From Nitrospirota bacterium (GTDB lineage: Bacteria; Nitrospirota; Thermodesulfovibrionia; JACRGW01): a stretch of DNA of 33,471 bases. Below, piece after piece: positions 24,725 to 32,437 of this stretch; position 1 is the stretch's first letter; every line of letters begins with the position of its first letter. The DNA is taken from the NCBI GenBank assembly GCA_016212195.1, contig JACRGW010000158.1, positions 1-33,471 of the forward strand, written 5' to 3'. The notes under the pieces were generated by a model. The model was given only the letters and a program-made list of their open reading frames with translations. It was not told the DNA's origin and searched no databases. The translations under genes were made by a program, and so were the position numbers.

Positions 24725-25705
24725 TTGATTAATTCAAAAAGATTTTTTAATGTTCTATTGATTATTTCTTCTCTATCTCTATTGTTTATATTCTTAAATC
24801 CCTCTGTATTCGCCTCTGAAGGTCAGGATATTGTCAGAGAAGTAGCTTCAGGTTCAAACACACCCTGGTGGGTTTGGCCTCTCGCCCTTTTCATTGTAAC
24901 ATTTATCCTCGGCATCTTGGCGGTCTTAGGTGGTGTGGGTGGAGGTGTTTTATTTGTACCGATTGTGGGCGGTTTCTTCCCCTTCCATCTCGACTTTGTG
25001 AGAGGTGCCGGCCTTCTTGTCGCACTTTCCGGTGCCCTCGCAGCGGGTCCGGGGCTTCTCAAGAGAAACCTCGCAAGTCTCCGTCTTGCCCTACCTGTTG
25101 CACTTATTGCATCATCTGCGGCAATAGTAGGTGCGATGATCGGACTTGCTCTGCCAACCCATATAATCCAGACACTTCTTGGTGCAACGATTATATTTAT
25201 TGTAGTGATCATGGCCTCGGCAAAGAAATCTTACTTCCCAAATGTCCCAAAACCTGATACCCTATCTCATAGCCTGGGAATAATGGGAATTTACAGGGAA
25301 GAATCCCTCGGAAAAGATATCGAATGGCGAATCCATAGGACACCACAGGGGCTGGCTCTATTTATAGCTATCGGCATAATGGCAGGCATGTTCGGGCTCG
25401 GTGCAGGGTGGGCAAATCTCCCTGTCTTAAACCTCCTTATGGGGGCCCCACTAAAGATCTCTGTTGCCACAAGTAAGTTTCTCCTTTCTATTACAGACAC
25501 AACTGCTGCCTGGGTTTATCTAAACGAAGGTGCAGTGTTGCCAATGATTGTCGTCCCATCCATGATTGGTATAATGCTCGGTTCAATTGTTGGTGTTAGG
25601 ATACTTGCAAAGGCAAAGCCAAAATCGATTAAATGGATTGTTATAGGACTCTTACTTTTTGCAGGGGTTAGGGCATTATTAAAGGGACTTGGAATATGGA
25701 AATAG
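24725..25705 (+). CDS. TSUP (TauE/SafE, DUF81) family anion exporter with an apparent N-terminal signal peptide
   Basis: Polytopic and Gly-rich, with GG(V/A)GGG-type motifs (LGGVGGGVLFVPIVG and the internal repeat half GMFGLGAGWANLPVLN). The N-terminus FFNVLLIISSLSLLFIFLNPSVFA/SEG looks like a signal peptide. The start is TTG behind GAGGAGGAG. Confidence 0.85.
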   Translation: MINSKRFFNVLLIISSLSLLFIFLNPSVFASEGQDIVREVASGSNTPWWVWPLALFIVTFILGILAVLGGVGGGVLFVPIVGGFFPFHLDFVRGAGLLVALSGALAAGPGLLKRNLASLRLALPVALIASSAAIVGAMIGLALPTHIIQTLLGATIIFIVVIMASAKKSYFPNVPKPDTLSHSLGIMGIYREESLGKDIEWRIHRTPQGLALFIAIGIMAGMFGLGAGWANLPVLNLLMGAPLKISVATSKFLLSITDTTAAWVYLNEGAVLPMIVVPSMIGIMLGSIVGVRILAKAKPKSIKWIVIGLLLFAGVRALLKGLGIWK

Positions 25706-25717
25706 GGAGGAAATAAG

Positions 25718-26137
25718 ATGAGTGATGATAAGACAAAGGCCTCAGAGGAACAGATAGCATACGCAAATATCTTAAACATCGGAATGTGGATCGGTCTTTT
25801 AATACTCGTCGTAACATTTATAGTTTATGTATCAGGGATATTCCAGAGCTTTGTCCCTATAGAGGAACTTCCAAAGTACTGGGGTCTGAAGGTGAAGGAC
25901 TATCGCCACACCCTTAATGCACCGAGTGGATGGGGATGGGCAACTTTGATCGGGAAAGGCGACTATCTGAACTATGTCGGCATAGCGATACTTGCAGGGT
26001 TAACCATAATTTGTTATCTCGTTATATTACCTATTCTCCTAAGAAAAAAGGATATGCCCTATGTGGTGATAGCGATAATTGAGGTGGCAGTCCTTCTCCT
26101 TGCAGCAAGTGGGATACTCAAGGCAGGAGGTCACTAA
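25718..26137 (+). CDS. Small 3-TM membrane protein, tentatively the DUF1634-type partner of TSUP transporters
   Basis: 139 aa with three hydrophobic helices. It begins 12 nt after the TSUP gene behind GGGAGG. The family name comes from size, topology and adjacency, not from a search. Confidence 0.55.
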   Translation: MSDDKTKASEEQIAYANILNIGMWIGLLILVVTFIVYVSGIFQSFVPIEELPKYWGLKVKDYRHTLNAPSGWGWATLIGKGDYLNYVGIAILAGLTIICYLVILPILLRKKDMPYVVIAIIEVAVLLLAASGILKAGGH

Positions 26138-26245
26138 GATGGCACAGGCATTTTCAAAATTTTATCGAGTAAAAGTTGTGGAACAGGCAGTGATTGTTCT
26201 TTGAGTAAGATGGTTTATAATATATCTTTCAAAATTATATAACAG

Positions 26246-27391
26246 ATGGCCACTATTGAACTACAGATAAGTTTAGTCTTGCTCTTTGCACTCGCAGGTT
26301 ATCTGCTATCTTCGAGGATTAACCAGTCAGCAGTTGTGGGCGTGATAATTGTCGGGATAGCAATCGGCCCAAGCCTTTTTCATGTAATAGAGTATAGCGT
26401 TGCTATCAAGATGCTTGCCCATCTCGGGGCAATAATGCTCTTATTCTCCATAGGACTGGAGTTCAGGATCAGAGATATCTATCGGATGAAATATATGTTG
26501 ATAGGACTGATCGGAATTATTCTTCCATGGATAGCTGGTTATTTTTTAGGGTATCTTTTTGGCTACGGCTTTAAAGAATCGATGCTTATCGGTGTTGCCT
26601 TAACCGCCACGAGTATTGCCATTACCGCAAAGGTCCTGGAAGAGATGAAAAAGCTAAACACCCCTGCAGCAAAGGCAATAATCGGCGCAGCAGTTATTGA
26701 CGATGTCCTCGGATTACTGGCACTATCAGTCACTATTCAATCAACAACGGGGGATATAGAGGTTGTGGAAATCCTGACGATAGCTATAAAGGCAACGGTC
26801 TTCTTAATTGCAGGGATCTTTGCAGCGCCGCATTTAAAGAAGTTATTCCTGAAAGTGGATGAAAAAAGATTTGCAAAAAATTTCCCTGATTTTTTGTTTA
26901 TCATGTCGATAATGTTCTGTTTCTTGTATGCCTCTATTGCTGAGGTAATCGGTCTATCGGCGATTGTTGGCGCCTTCTTATCAGGTGCAGTATTAGAGGG
27001 GGTAAAGTTTAAAAACAGCAAGGATTTAAAAGAGGGCGCAGAATACCTCCATGTAATCTTTGGGGCGATATTCTTCATAAGTTTGGGGATACTCGCAAAT
27101 CTCAGAGAGTTGACAATCGATATATTGCCCTTCTTTGCAGTATTGCTTATTGTTGCTATATTAACAAAGGTTGTAGGATGTGGAGTTGCATCGAAAATAG
27201 TTGGTTATAATAAGACAGAGTCACTCATTATAGGATTTGGGATGTCTCCAAGGGGTGAGGTCGCTATGATAGTTGCATTGATAGGTTTGACCTCTAAGAT
27301 CATCAGCCAGAATATCTATGTCTCGATAGTGCTGATGTCTCTAATGACCACGATAATAACTCCTATTGTAATAAGAAAACTGAAATGGTGA
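26246..27391 (+). CDS. Cation:proton antiporter (CPA2/Kef-NapA type Na+/H+ exchanger family), membrane domain only
   Basis: 381 aa with about 11-12 TM helices. Family-like motifs include GVIIVGIAIGPS, LLFSIGLEF and AAVIDDVLGL. There is no RCK/KTN domain. Confidence 0.85.
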   Translation: MATIELQISLVLLFALAGYLLSSRINQSAVVGVIIVGIAIGPSLFHVIEYSVAIKMLAHLGAIMLLFSIGLEFRIRDIYRMKYMLIGLIGIILPWIAGYFLGYLFGYGFKESMLIGVALTATSIAITAKVLEEMKKLNTPAAKAIIGAAVIDDVLGLLALSVTIQSTTGDIEVVEILTIAIKATVFLIAGIFAAPHLKKLFLKVDEKRFAKNFPDFLFIMSIMFCFLYASIAEVIGLSAIVGAFLSGAVLEGVKFKNSKDLKEGAEYLHVIFGAIFFISLGILANLRELTIDILPFFAVLLIVAILTKVVGCGVASKIVGYNKTESLIIGFGMSPRGEVAMIVALIGLTSKIISQNIYVSIVLMSLMTTIITPIVIRKLKW

Positions 27392-27428
27392 GAACTGGGG
27401 AGTCTCCATTTATGGGAGTAAGGAATTC

Positions 27429-27515
27429 GATACTTCGTATGTTTTTCTGGCAATACTTGAAATTTTGGTTCTGGTTTTTGCAGCTTCAGGGATACTTAAG
27501 ACAGGAGGGCATTGA
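27429..27515 (+). pseudogene. C-terminal relic (last ~28 codons plus stop) of a paralog of the 25718..26137 small membrane protein
   Basis: This frame reads DTSYVFLAILEILVLVFAASGILKTGGH*. The intact gene ends DMPYVVIAIIEVAVLLLAASGILKAGGH*. By my alignment 18 of 28 residues are identical and the stop codons align. There is no start codon and no homologous sequence upstream. Confidence 0.6.
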
Positions 27516-27767
27516 TCAGGAATCCTCTTTGTAATTGAAAAAGATAAAGAAACATATAATAGATGCGAATAACAGATACATAAATATTGGTTTTTGCGTT
27601 GCGGCAGCGAAGACACCGCTAATTAATGCGACAACAAAACTTATTCTGTTTAACTTCTTTACCATTGCAGGAGGGATTTTCTGGACATATCTTCCCACAA
27701 TGAACAGAACAGCAAGCATACCTATAAACAACATAGTGTAATAAGTTATGTTCGATACATTATCCAT
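27516..27767 (-). CDS. Hypothetical small membrane protein (83 aa, about 3 TM helices)
   Basis: Strongly hydrophobic helices, with AAGGA about 6 nt upstream of the ATG. It lies 32 nt downstream of hepT on the same strand. I recognise no family. Confidence 0.5.
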   Translation of the reverse strand: MDNVSNITYYTMLFIGMLAVLFIVGRYVQKIPPAMVKKLNRISFVVALISGVFAAATQKPIFMYLLFASIICFFIFFNYKEDS

Positions 27768-27799
27768 GGTATTCCTTTTCGATAGAAAGTGTTATTCTA

Positions 27800-28237
27800 T
27801 TATTTCTTCAATGCTATAATAAAATCTCTTATCTCTTTTACAAACCGCTCAAAATCGGTAAGGTTTTCTTTTAAAATGGTATATAGTTCTTTATCTTCCA
27901 CCTTATGATAAAAATGGATCAGGCGGTTTCTGTACCCTGCCATCAGGATAAGGCTGTTAGAGCAATCTCTTGTTGTAATCTTTTTATCACCGAGTACTTT
28001 TGCTATCTCTTTATACTCAACAATACCTTTCCCGGCTGTCTTTGCGATTATGTGCCTTCCTATGTCAAAGATCGCCTCCAGTGATCGCCTAAGATAGCTT
28101 TCTGCTATCGCAGGATTATCGTCTTTAAGAAATTCTACTTCACTGTAAAGGGAGAGCCTCTTTAATCTGGCTATAGCCTCATTGATAAAACCGAGTCTAT
28201 CTTCTATCAGCTTTATATTCAAATTCGAAATAACCAT
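27800..28237 (-). CDS. hepT: HepT (DUF86, HEPN-fold) toxin of a type VII toxin-antitoxin pair
   Basis: The HEPN Rx4H motif is present as RNRLIH in GYRNRLIHFYHKV. At 145 aa it is all-helical. It is paired with an upstream nucleotidyltransferase gene. Confidence 0.85.
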   Translation of the reverse strand: MVISNLNIKLIEDRLGFINEAIARLKRLSLYSEVEFLKDDNPAIAESYLRRSLEAIFDIGRHIIAKTAGKGIVEYKEIAKVLGDKKITTRDCSNSLILMAGYRNRLIHFYHKVEDKELYTILKENLTDFERFVKEIRDFIIALKK

Positions 28238-28649
28238 CCTCTATCGCCTCAAACAGGTCCTTTTCATTAAGCTTGAATATCTCCAATTCAGCCGATGCAA
28301 ACATCATCACCTTTTCCTCGTAAGATTCCCTCAGTTCTTCACTACGGGAATATATGTTTATCCCTTTTATCACCTCAAGCTGTATAAGGTGGTCAGCCTC
28401 ATGTAAAAAGAGAAGATCTGCCCTGAAAGGAGATACAAGATCCTGGAGTTCAAGGCTCAGACTTGCATATGTTTTTAAGGTATTTTCAGGAGGCATTGTG
28501 AACAAGACTGCAAAGTCTATATCAGATTCGGCATCTATTGATACCACATCCATACCGTCAAGAAGCGATTTACCTGCCGCTACCTGTGAACCGAAGATAT
28601 AACAAAGGTCAATGTTATATCGCTTACATACATCATCAATCTTTTTCAT
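28197..28649 (-). CDS. mntA: MntA-type minimal nucleotidyltransferase antitoxin
   Basis: The NTase motifs are GS in YIFGSQVAAGKS and the DxD in ESDIDFAVLF. The track starts at TTG 28673. I prefer ATG 28649, which lies 7 nt downstream of a TGTTATAAT extended -10. The gene overlaps hepT by 41 nt. Confidence 0.85.
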   Translation of the reverse strand: MKKIDDVCKRYNIDLCYIFGSQVAAGKSLLDGMDVVSIDAESDIDFAVLFTMPPENTLKTYASLSLELQDLVSPFRADLLFLHEADHLIQLEVIKGINIYSRSEELRESYEEKVMMFASAELEIFKLNEKDLFEAIEDGYFEFEYKADRR

Positions 28650-28656
28650 GGTGTTG

Positions 28657-28665
28657 ATTATAACA
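28657..28665 (-). promoter_or_regulatory. Extended -10 promoter element TGTTATAAT for the mntA-hepT operon (implies a leaderless mRNA)
   Basis: The reverse complement of 28657..28665 is TGTTATAAT. The ATG at 28649 follows after 7 nt and no Shine-Dalgarno sequence lies between. Confidence 0.4.
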
Positions 28666-28695
28666 CACTTCAAACTTTGATTCTGCTAAACTTTT

Positions 28696-30054
28696 TTATT
28701 CTTCCAGTCCATACCTTTTTAACTTCCTCCAGAGCGATACCCTATCAATTCCAAGGATCTGGGCTGCGAGTGTCTTATTACCACCAACCTCCTTTAATAC
28801 CCACTTAATATAAGCCTCCTCCTGCTCTTCAAGGGATGGAATTTTACCCTCCTTTTTCCTGAATGTCCTTATACTCAACTCCTTCAAGTCCTGAGGGAGA
28901 TGGGCTACCTCAATTGTATTCCCGTTTGAAAGGGCCACTCCCCTTTCTATGATATTTTCAAGCTCCCTCACATTTCCGGGGAAGTCATAATTCATAAGTA
29001 TAGAAATAACATCCTGTGAGATCTCTGTGATATCCTTCCTCATGAGTGTGGTGTATTTTTTAAGAAAATAATAACTGAGTAATGATATATCGTCCCTTCT
29101 TTCTGAAAGTGGAGGGATATGGAGTGAGATAACATTCAGCCTGAAATATAGGTCCTGCCTGAAATTGCCATCCTTTATCGCATCTTGGATACTCCGATTT
29201 GTTGCAGCTATGAACCTCACATCCACCTTCACAGGCTCTGTGCCTCCAACCCTTAATACCTCTTTTTCCTGGATCACCCGTAAGAGTTTTACCTGCATAG
29301 ATGGCGGCATTTCTGTTATCTCATCTAAGAATAGCGTTCCCCCTGAGGCCATCTCTATCAGTCCCTTTTTCATCGCAGTCGCACCTGTGAATGCACCCTT
29401 TTCATGGCCGAAGAGCTCATTCGAAAGGAGTTCCTCTGTAAAAGCCCCGCAGTTTATTGCAAAGAAAGGGCCTTCAGCCCTCTTGCTCATGAAATGTATA
29501 TATCTGGCAAAGAGCTCTTTACCCGTACCGCTCTCTCCTGTCAATACGATATTACAGTCTGTAGGTGCTATCTGCCTTGCTGTATCAAGAATGCCCTGCA
29601 TAATTGTATCCTGAGTGATGATTTTGACCTTTCCCTGATACTTCTCTATCTGCTCCCTGAGTTGTGCATTTTCCTTTTTAAGTCTTACTTTCTCTACTGA
29701 CTCTCTCACAACCTTCCTAACCACATCGAGTTTGAAAGGCTTTGCTATATAATCATAGGCGCCCTTTTTCATCGTCTCTACCGCTGAAGGAATGGATGCA
29801 TAGGCCGTAATCATAATAACCGCTGTATCCGGATAGTGTGACTTGCATTTCTCAAGTACTTCAAGGCCATCTACCTTCTCCATCTTGAGATCGGTAAGGA
29901 CTACATCGAATTCCTGCTCCTGAAGTATCTTCAGGGCATTAGTCCCGCTTGTTGTCCCTGTCACCTCATAATCCTCCTTCTCCATTATATGCTGGAGGTT
30001 CTTGAGGGCAACTTTTTCATCTTCGACTATAAGAAGCCTTCCTTTATTTTTCAT
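28696..30054 (-). CDS. Sigma54-dependent response regulator (NtrC family: REC, AAA+ activator, Fis-type HTH)
   Basis: REC domain (LIVEDE, LTDLKMEKVDG), Walker A GESGTGKE, the sigma54-contact loop GAFTGA, Walker B LFLDEI, and a C-terminal HTH (AAQILGIDRVSLWRKLKRYG). Confidence 0.93.
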   Translation of the reverse strand: MKNKGRLLIVEDEKVALKNLQHIMEKEDYEVTGTTSGTNALKILQEQEFDVVLTDLKMEKVDGLEVLEKCKSHYPDTAVIMITAYASIPSAVETMKKGAYDYIAKPFKLDVVRKVVRESVEKVRLKKENAQLREQIEKYQGKVKIITQDTIMQGILDTARQIAPTDCNIVLTGESGTGKELFARYIHFMSKRAEGPFFAINCGAFTEELLSNELFGHEKGAFTGATAMKKGLIEMASGGTLFLDEITEMPPSMQVKLLRVIQEKEVLRVGGTEPVKVDVRFIAATNRSIQDAIKDGNFRQDLYFRLNVISLHIPPLSERRDDISLLSYYFLKKYTTLMRKDITEISQDVISILMNYDFPGNVRELENIIERGVALSNGNTIEVAHLPQDLKELSIRTFRKKEGKIPSLEEQEEAYIKWVLKEVGGNKTLAAQILGIDRVSLWRKLKRYGLEE

Positions 30055-31456
30055 CTTTAAGTTCCTTTACAGGTAGTTTAATAAGAAATGTTGTTCCATG
30101 ACCAGGACTGCTTTCAACATCAATAGTACCTCCATGTTCGCTTATTATGTTATGGACAACAAAGAGACCCAATCCATAACCTTTCTTTGCTATTTTTGTA
30201 GTGAAGAATGGGTCAAATATCTTTGAAAGAATCTCTGGCTCCATGCCTTTGCCAGTATCACTAACCTTTATTTCGACAGTATCTTTAACCTTCCTTGCTG
30301 AAATCGAAATCCTCCCTTCTCCTTCTATCGCCTCCATGGCATTCTTTATAAAATTCAGAAAGACCTGCTGAAGTTGTTGCTTATCTGCAAATAGTTCGAG
30401 ATCTTCATGAATGTTTAGATCAATTTCTACCTTTGCCGGGGCCTCACCTCCAATAAATCGAATCGACTCACTAACCGTCTTTTTCAGATTAATCGTCTTT
30501 TTCTCACCGGTCCTTGAGTAATCCAGAAGGGAACGCAGGATATCCTTCGCCCTGTCTGTTTCACTCTCAATCTGGGATAAGAGCTCTTTCTTATAACCAA
30601 TGTCTGCTTCATCTATCTCTTCTTTAAGTATCTGGCAGGAAGTGGATATGTTTGAAAGTGGGTTATTGAGTTCGTGTGCTACTCCGAAAAGGAGTGTGCC
30701 GAGAGAAGCAAGCTTCTCTGTCTGGACAAGGTGCATCTGTCTTAACTCGAGTTCAACGAGCATCGTGTTAAAGGCTTTACTCAGAGACATCAGCTCCCTG
30801 TCACGGGATACAACAGGTATGAATGAGAATTCCCCGTTGGCAATCCCCTTCATCTGCCTTTCCAGAAGCCTCAGTGGCTTAATAAACATCCTGAAAAATA
30901 TTGCCCCTATGATAAAACCGGCAGATATAAGAAATACCATCGAAGCTATCAGCATATTCCCAGAAGTTTGAAGTGTCGCCTGCATTATTTTCCTTTCAGT
31001 CGTTGACATTTCTTCTGTGGTTGTGACAATAGTTCTTCCCTTTTCTCTTAATTTTTCCTGCCAGACCCTTCTGCTTTCTATGCTATGTAAGGAAGGCAGA
31101 ACCTCAAGTAAACTTCTGTATTCTCTTATGTTATCTCTGAGTTCAGAAATAACTTCAAGCTTAGAAAAGAGATTGAGTTCTTTACTGTTTTCTTTGATGA
31201 GTTCTTCTGCCTTTCCTACGTAAATTAAAAGCTCTGAATAATCTTCGTTTTCTCTATAGAGAAAATAGTTCTTTTCGTATCTCCTGATCTCAAGGGTTGT
31301 ATCAAAGAGGTCGGATACTTTTTCACCAGATTGGACTATGTCTTTTACACTGTCGAGATTGTTCCAGTTAACTAAGACGACACAGGTCATCAAGACAAGT
31401 CCTATGAAATACCCGAGTATTACCTTCTGCTTGAGGCTTCTATGAAGAATATTCAT
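30044..31456 (-). CDS. Sensor histidine kinase (TM, ~135-aa helical extracytoplasmic domain, TM, HAMP, HisKA, HATPase)
   Basis: The H box is FGVAHELNNPL, the N box LNFIKNAMEAI, G1 DTGKGM and G2 GYGLGL. The gene overlaps the regulator gene by 11 nt. Confidence 0.9.
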   Translation of the reverse strand: MNILHRSLKQKVILGYFIGLVLMTCVVLVNWNNLDSVKDIVQSGEKVSDLFDTTLEIRRYEKNYFLYRENEDYSELLIYVGKAEELIKENSKELNLFSKLEVISELRDNIREYRSLLEVLPSLHSIESRRVWQEKLREKGRTIVTTTEEMSTTERKIMQATLQTSGNMLIASMVFLISAGFIIGAIFFRMFIKPLRLLERQMKGIANGEFSFIPVVSRDRELMSLSKAFNTMLVELELRQMHLVQTEKLASLGTLLFGVAHELNNPLSNISTSCQILKEEIDEADIGYKKELLSQIESETDRAKDILRSLLDYSRTGEKKTINLKKTVSESIRFIGGEAPAKVEIDLNIHEDLELFADKQQLQQVFLNFIKNAMEAIEGEGRISISARKVKDTVEIKVSDTGKGMEPEILSKIFDPFFTTKIAKKGYGLGLFVVHNIISEHGGTIDVESSPGHGTTFLIKLPVKELKDEK

Positions 31457-31485
31457 AGATCTATGATAATCGAATTTATTGAAAA

Positions 31486-31519
31486 ATGCAACACATGACT
31501 TATTAGATGCAACACATGA
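31486..31519. promoter_or_regulatory. Two identical 13-bp direct repeats (ATGCAACACATGA) with 21-bp periodicity; a candidate enhancer/UAS for the adjacent NtrC-type regulator
   Basis: The copies are at 31486..31498 and 31507..31519. They lie about 140 bp upstream of the candidate sigma54 promoter and 30-63 bp upstream of the divergent kinase start. Confidence 0.35.
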
Positions 31520-31657
31520 GTAAAATGCTGTCTTTAAAAGAGCTTAAGGCCACATAAAAATATTGATATTACAGATTGAAACATCTAAGGACGATCTTGA
31601 TTCCCGACTCTAATAATATTGCTATGAATTATCAACAGGTTACAAATCTCTGTTTTA

Positions 31658-31673
31658 TGGCATGGATATTGTA
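31658..31673 (+). promoter_or_regulatory. Candidate sigma54 (-24/-12) promoter
   Basis: TGGCATGGATATTGTA compared with the consensus TGGCACG-N4-TTGCW. The GG of the -24 element and the TTG of the -12 region have the correct spacing. There are two mismatches, including T for C at -12. It lies 42 nt upstream of the USP-like gene and is divergent from an NtrC-type activator operon. Confidence 0.45.
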
Positions 31674-31714
31674 ATTTAGATTTTATAGAAATTAATTGAA
31701 AGGAGGAACAGGAT

Positions 31715-32185
31715 ATGAAGATTATGAAGAAGTTTGAGGATATCTTTGCAGCCGCTGCCTTTGCAGAAGAGGGTGAGTTTGAGACTGCAAGGGAAATGGT
31801 TAAAGGGAGACAGACGGTATTACTTGCACTTACAGGAAGAGAATCTGACAGAAAATCGTTCACATATGCCATGAATATCTGCAAGCGTATTGGTGCAGGG
31901 CTCGAGATCGTATATGTACTTAATGGTAGTGAGATGGTTTCTCTGATGGATCAATTCCAGGATGAACTCAAGAAAGAAAATATTCCCTATGAGATATTTC
32001 AGGTGAATGGAAGTATAAAGGAGGAGATTATCAATCACACAGAAAAAAGGAGTGATATTCGGTTTGTGGTTATTGAATCATCAGATAACCTGAATATCGA
32101 CTGCAAGAAGGACAATACAACACCCCCAAAGGCATGGGAAGGATTGAAATGTCCATTGGTAGTTGTAATGGAAGGAGGTAAATAA
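31715..32185 (+). CDS. USP-like (universal stress protein fold) protein that apparently lacks the ATP-binding G-x2-G-x9-G(S/T) motif
   Basis: The core VLLALTGRESDRKSFTYAMNICKRIGAGLEIVYV and the ending CPLVVVMEG follow the USP pattern. AGGAGG lies 8 nt upstream. Assignment is by pattern only. Confidence 0.55.
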   Translation: MKIMKKFEDIFAAAAFAEEGEFETAREMVKGRQTVLLALTGRESDRKSFTYAMNICKRIGAGLEIVYVLNGSEMVSLMDQFQDELKKENIPYEIFQVNGSIKEEIINHTEKRSDIRFVVIESSDNLNIDCKKDNTTPPKAWEGLKCPLVVVMEGGK

Positions 32186-32187
32186 TT

Positions 32188-32436
32188 ATGGCAGGTAGTT
32201 ATGAAAAAAAGAATCCCCTTTGGAAGACAATAATCCTCGGGATTATTTCGGTTGCCCTTTATGCAACCCTACTTTTAAACCAGGATATCATTAATAATTA
32301 TTTCGGGAGGGGTGAGTTATATGCCTTATTACCAATAATCACTGCATTCATCTTCTCCCTTATTCATGGCTCATTTACTGGAAATTTCTGGACTGTCCTG
32401 GGTATAGAAGCAAAGAAGAAAAAGGAGGTAAAATAA
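32188..32436 (+). CDS. Hypothetical small membrane protein (82 aa, 2 TM helices, Lys-rich tail)
   Basis: It begins 2 nt after the previous stop with GGAGGT upstream. It has two clear hydrophobic helices. I recognise no family. Confidence 0.55.
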   Translation: MAGSYEKKNPLWKTIILGIISVALYATLLLNQDIINNYFGRGELYALLPIITAFIFSLIHGSFTGNFWTVLGIEAKKKKEVK

Positions 32437-32437
32437 G

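Noticed and set aside
24823-25257. Two 129-aa ORFs (one per strand) inside the first TSUP gene
   Set aside because: Their translations are Arg/Pro/Cys-rich nonsense. They exist only because this Gly/Ala/Leu-rich, GC-richer stretch lacks stop codons in other frames.
26140-26156. A sigma54-like element TGGCACAGGCATTTTCA upstream of the CPA2 antiporter
   Set aside because: The -24 TGGCAC is perfect, but the -12 position has TT instead of GC and no TTGC. No activator gene is adjacent. A TTGTTC-16 nt-TATAAT (26194..26221) sigma70-type pair is a better promoter candidate.
29165-29700. Plus-strand ORFs (149 and 98 aa) inside the NtrC-type regulator gene
   Set aside because: They are antisense to a gene with complete REC/AAA+/HTH motifs and their translations have no features.
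31585-31884. A 99-aa minus-strand ORF covering the sigma54 promoter region and the start of the USP-like gene
   Set aside because: It overlaps a better-supported plus-strand gene that has a strong Shine-Dalgarno sequence. Its own translation is low-complexity (Ser/Ala/Ile runs).
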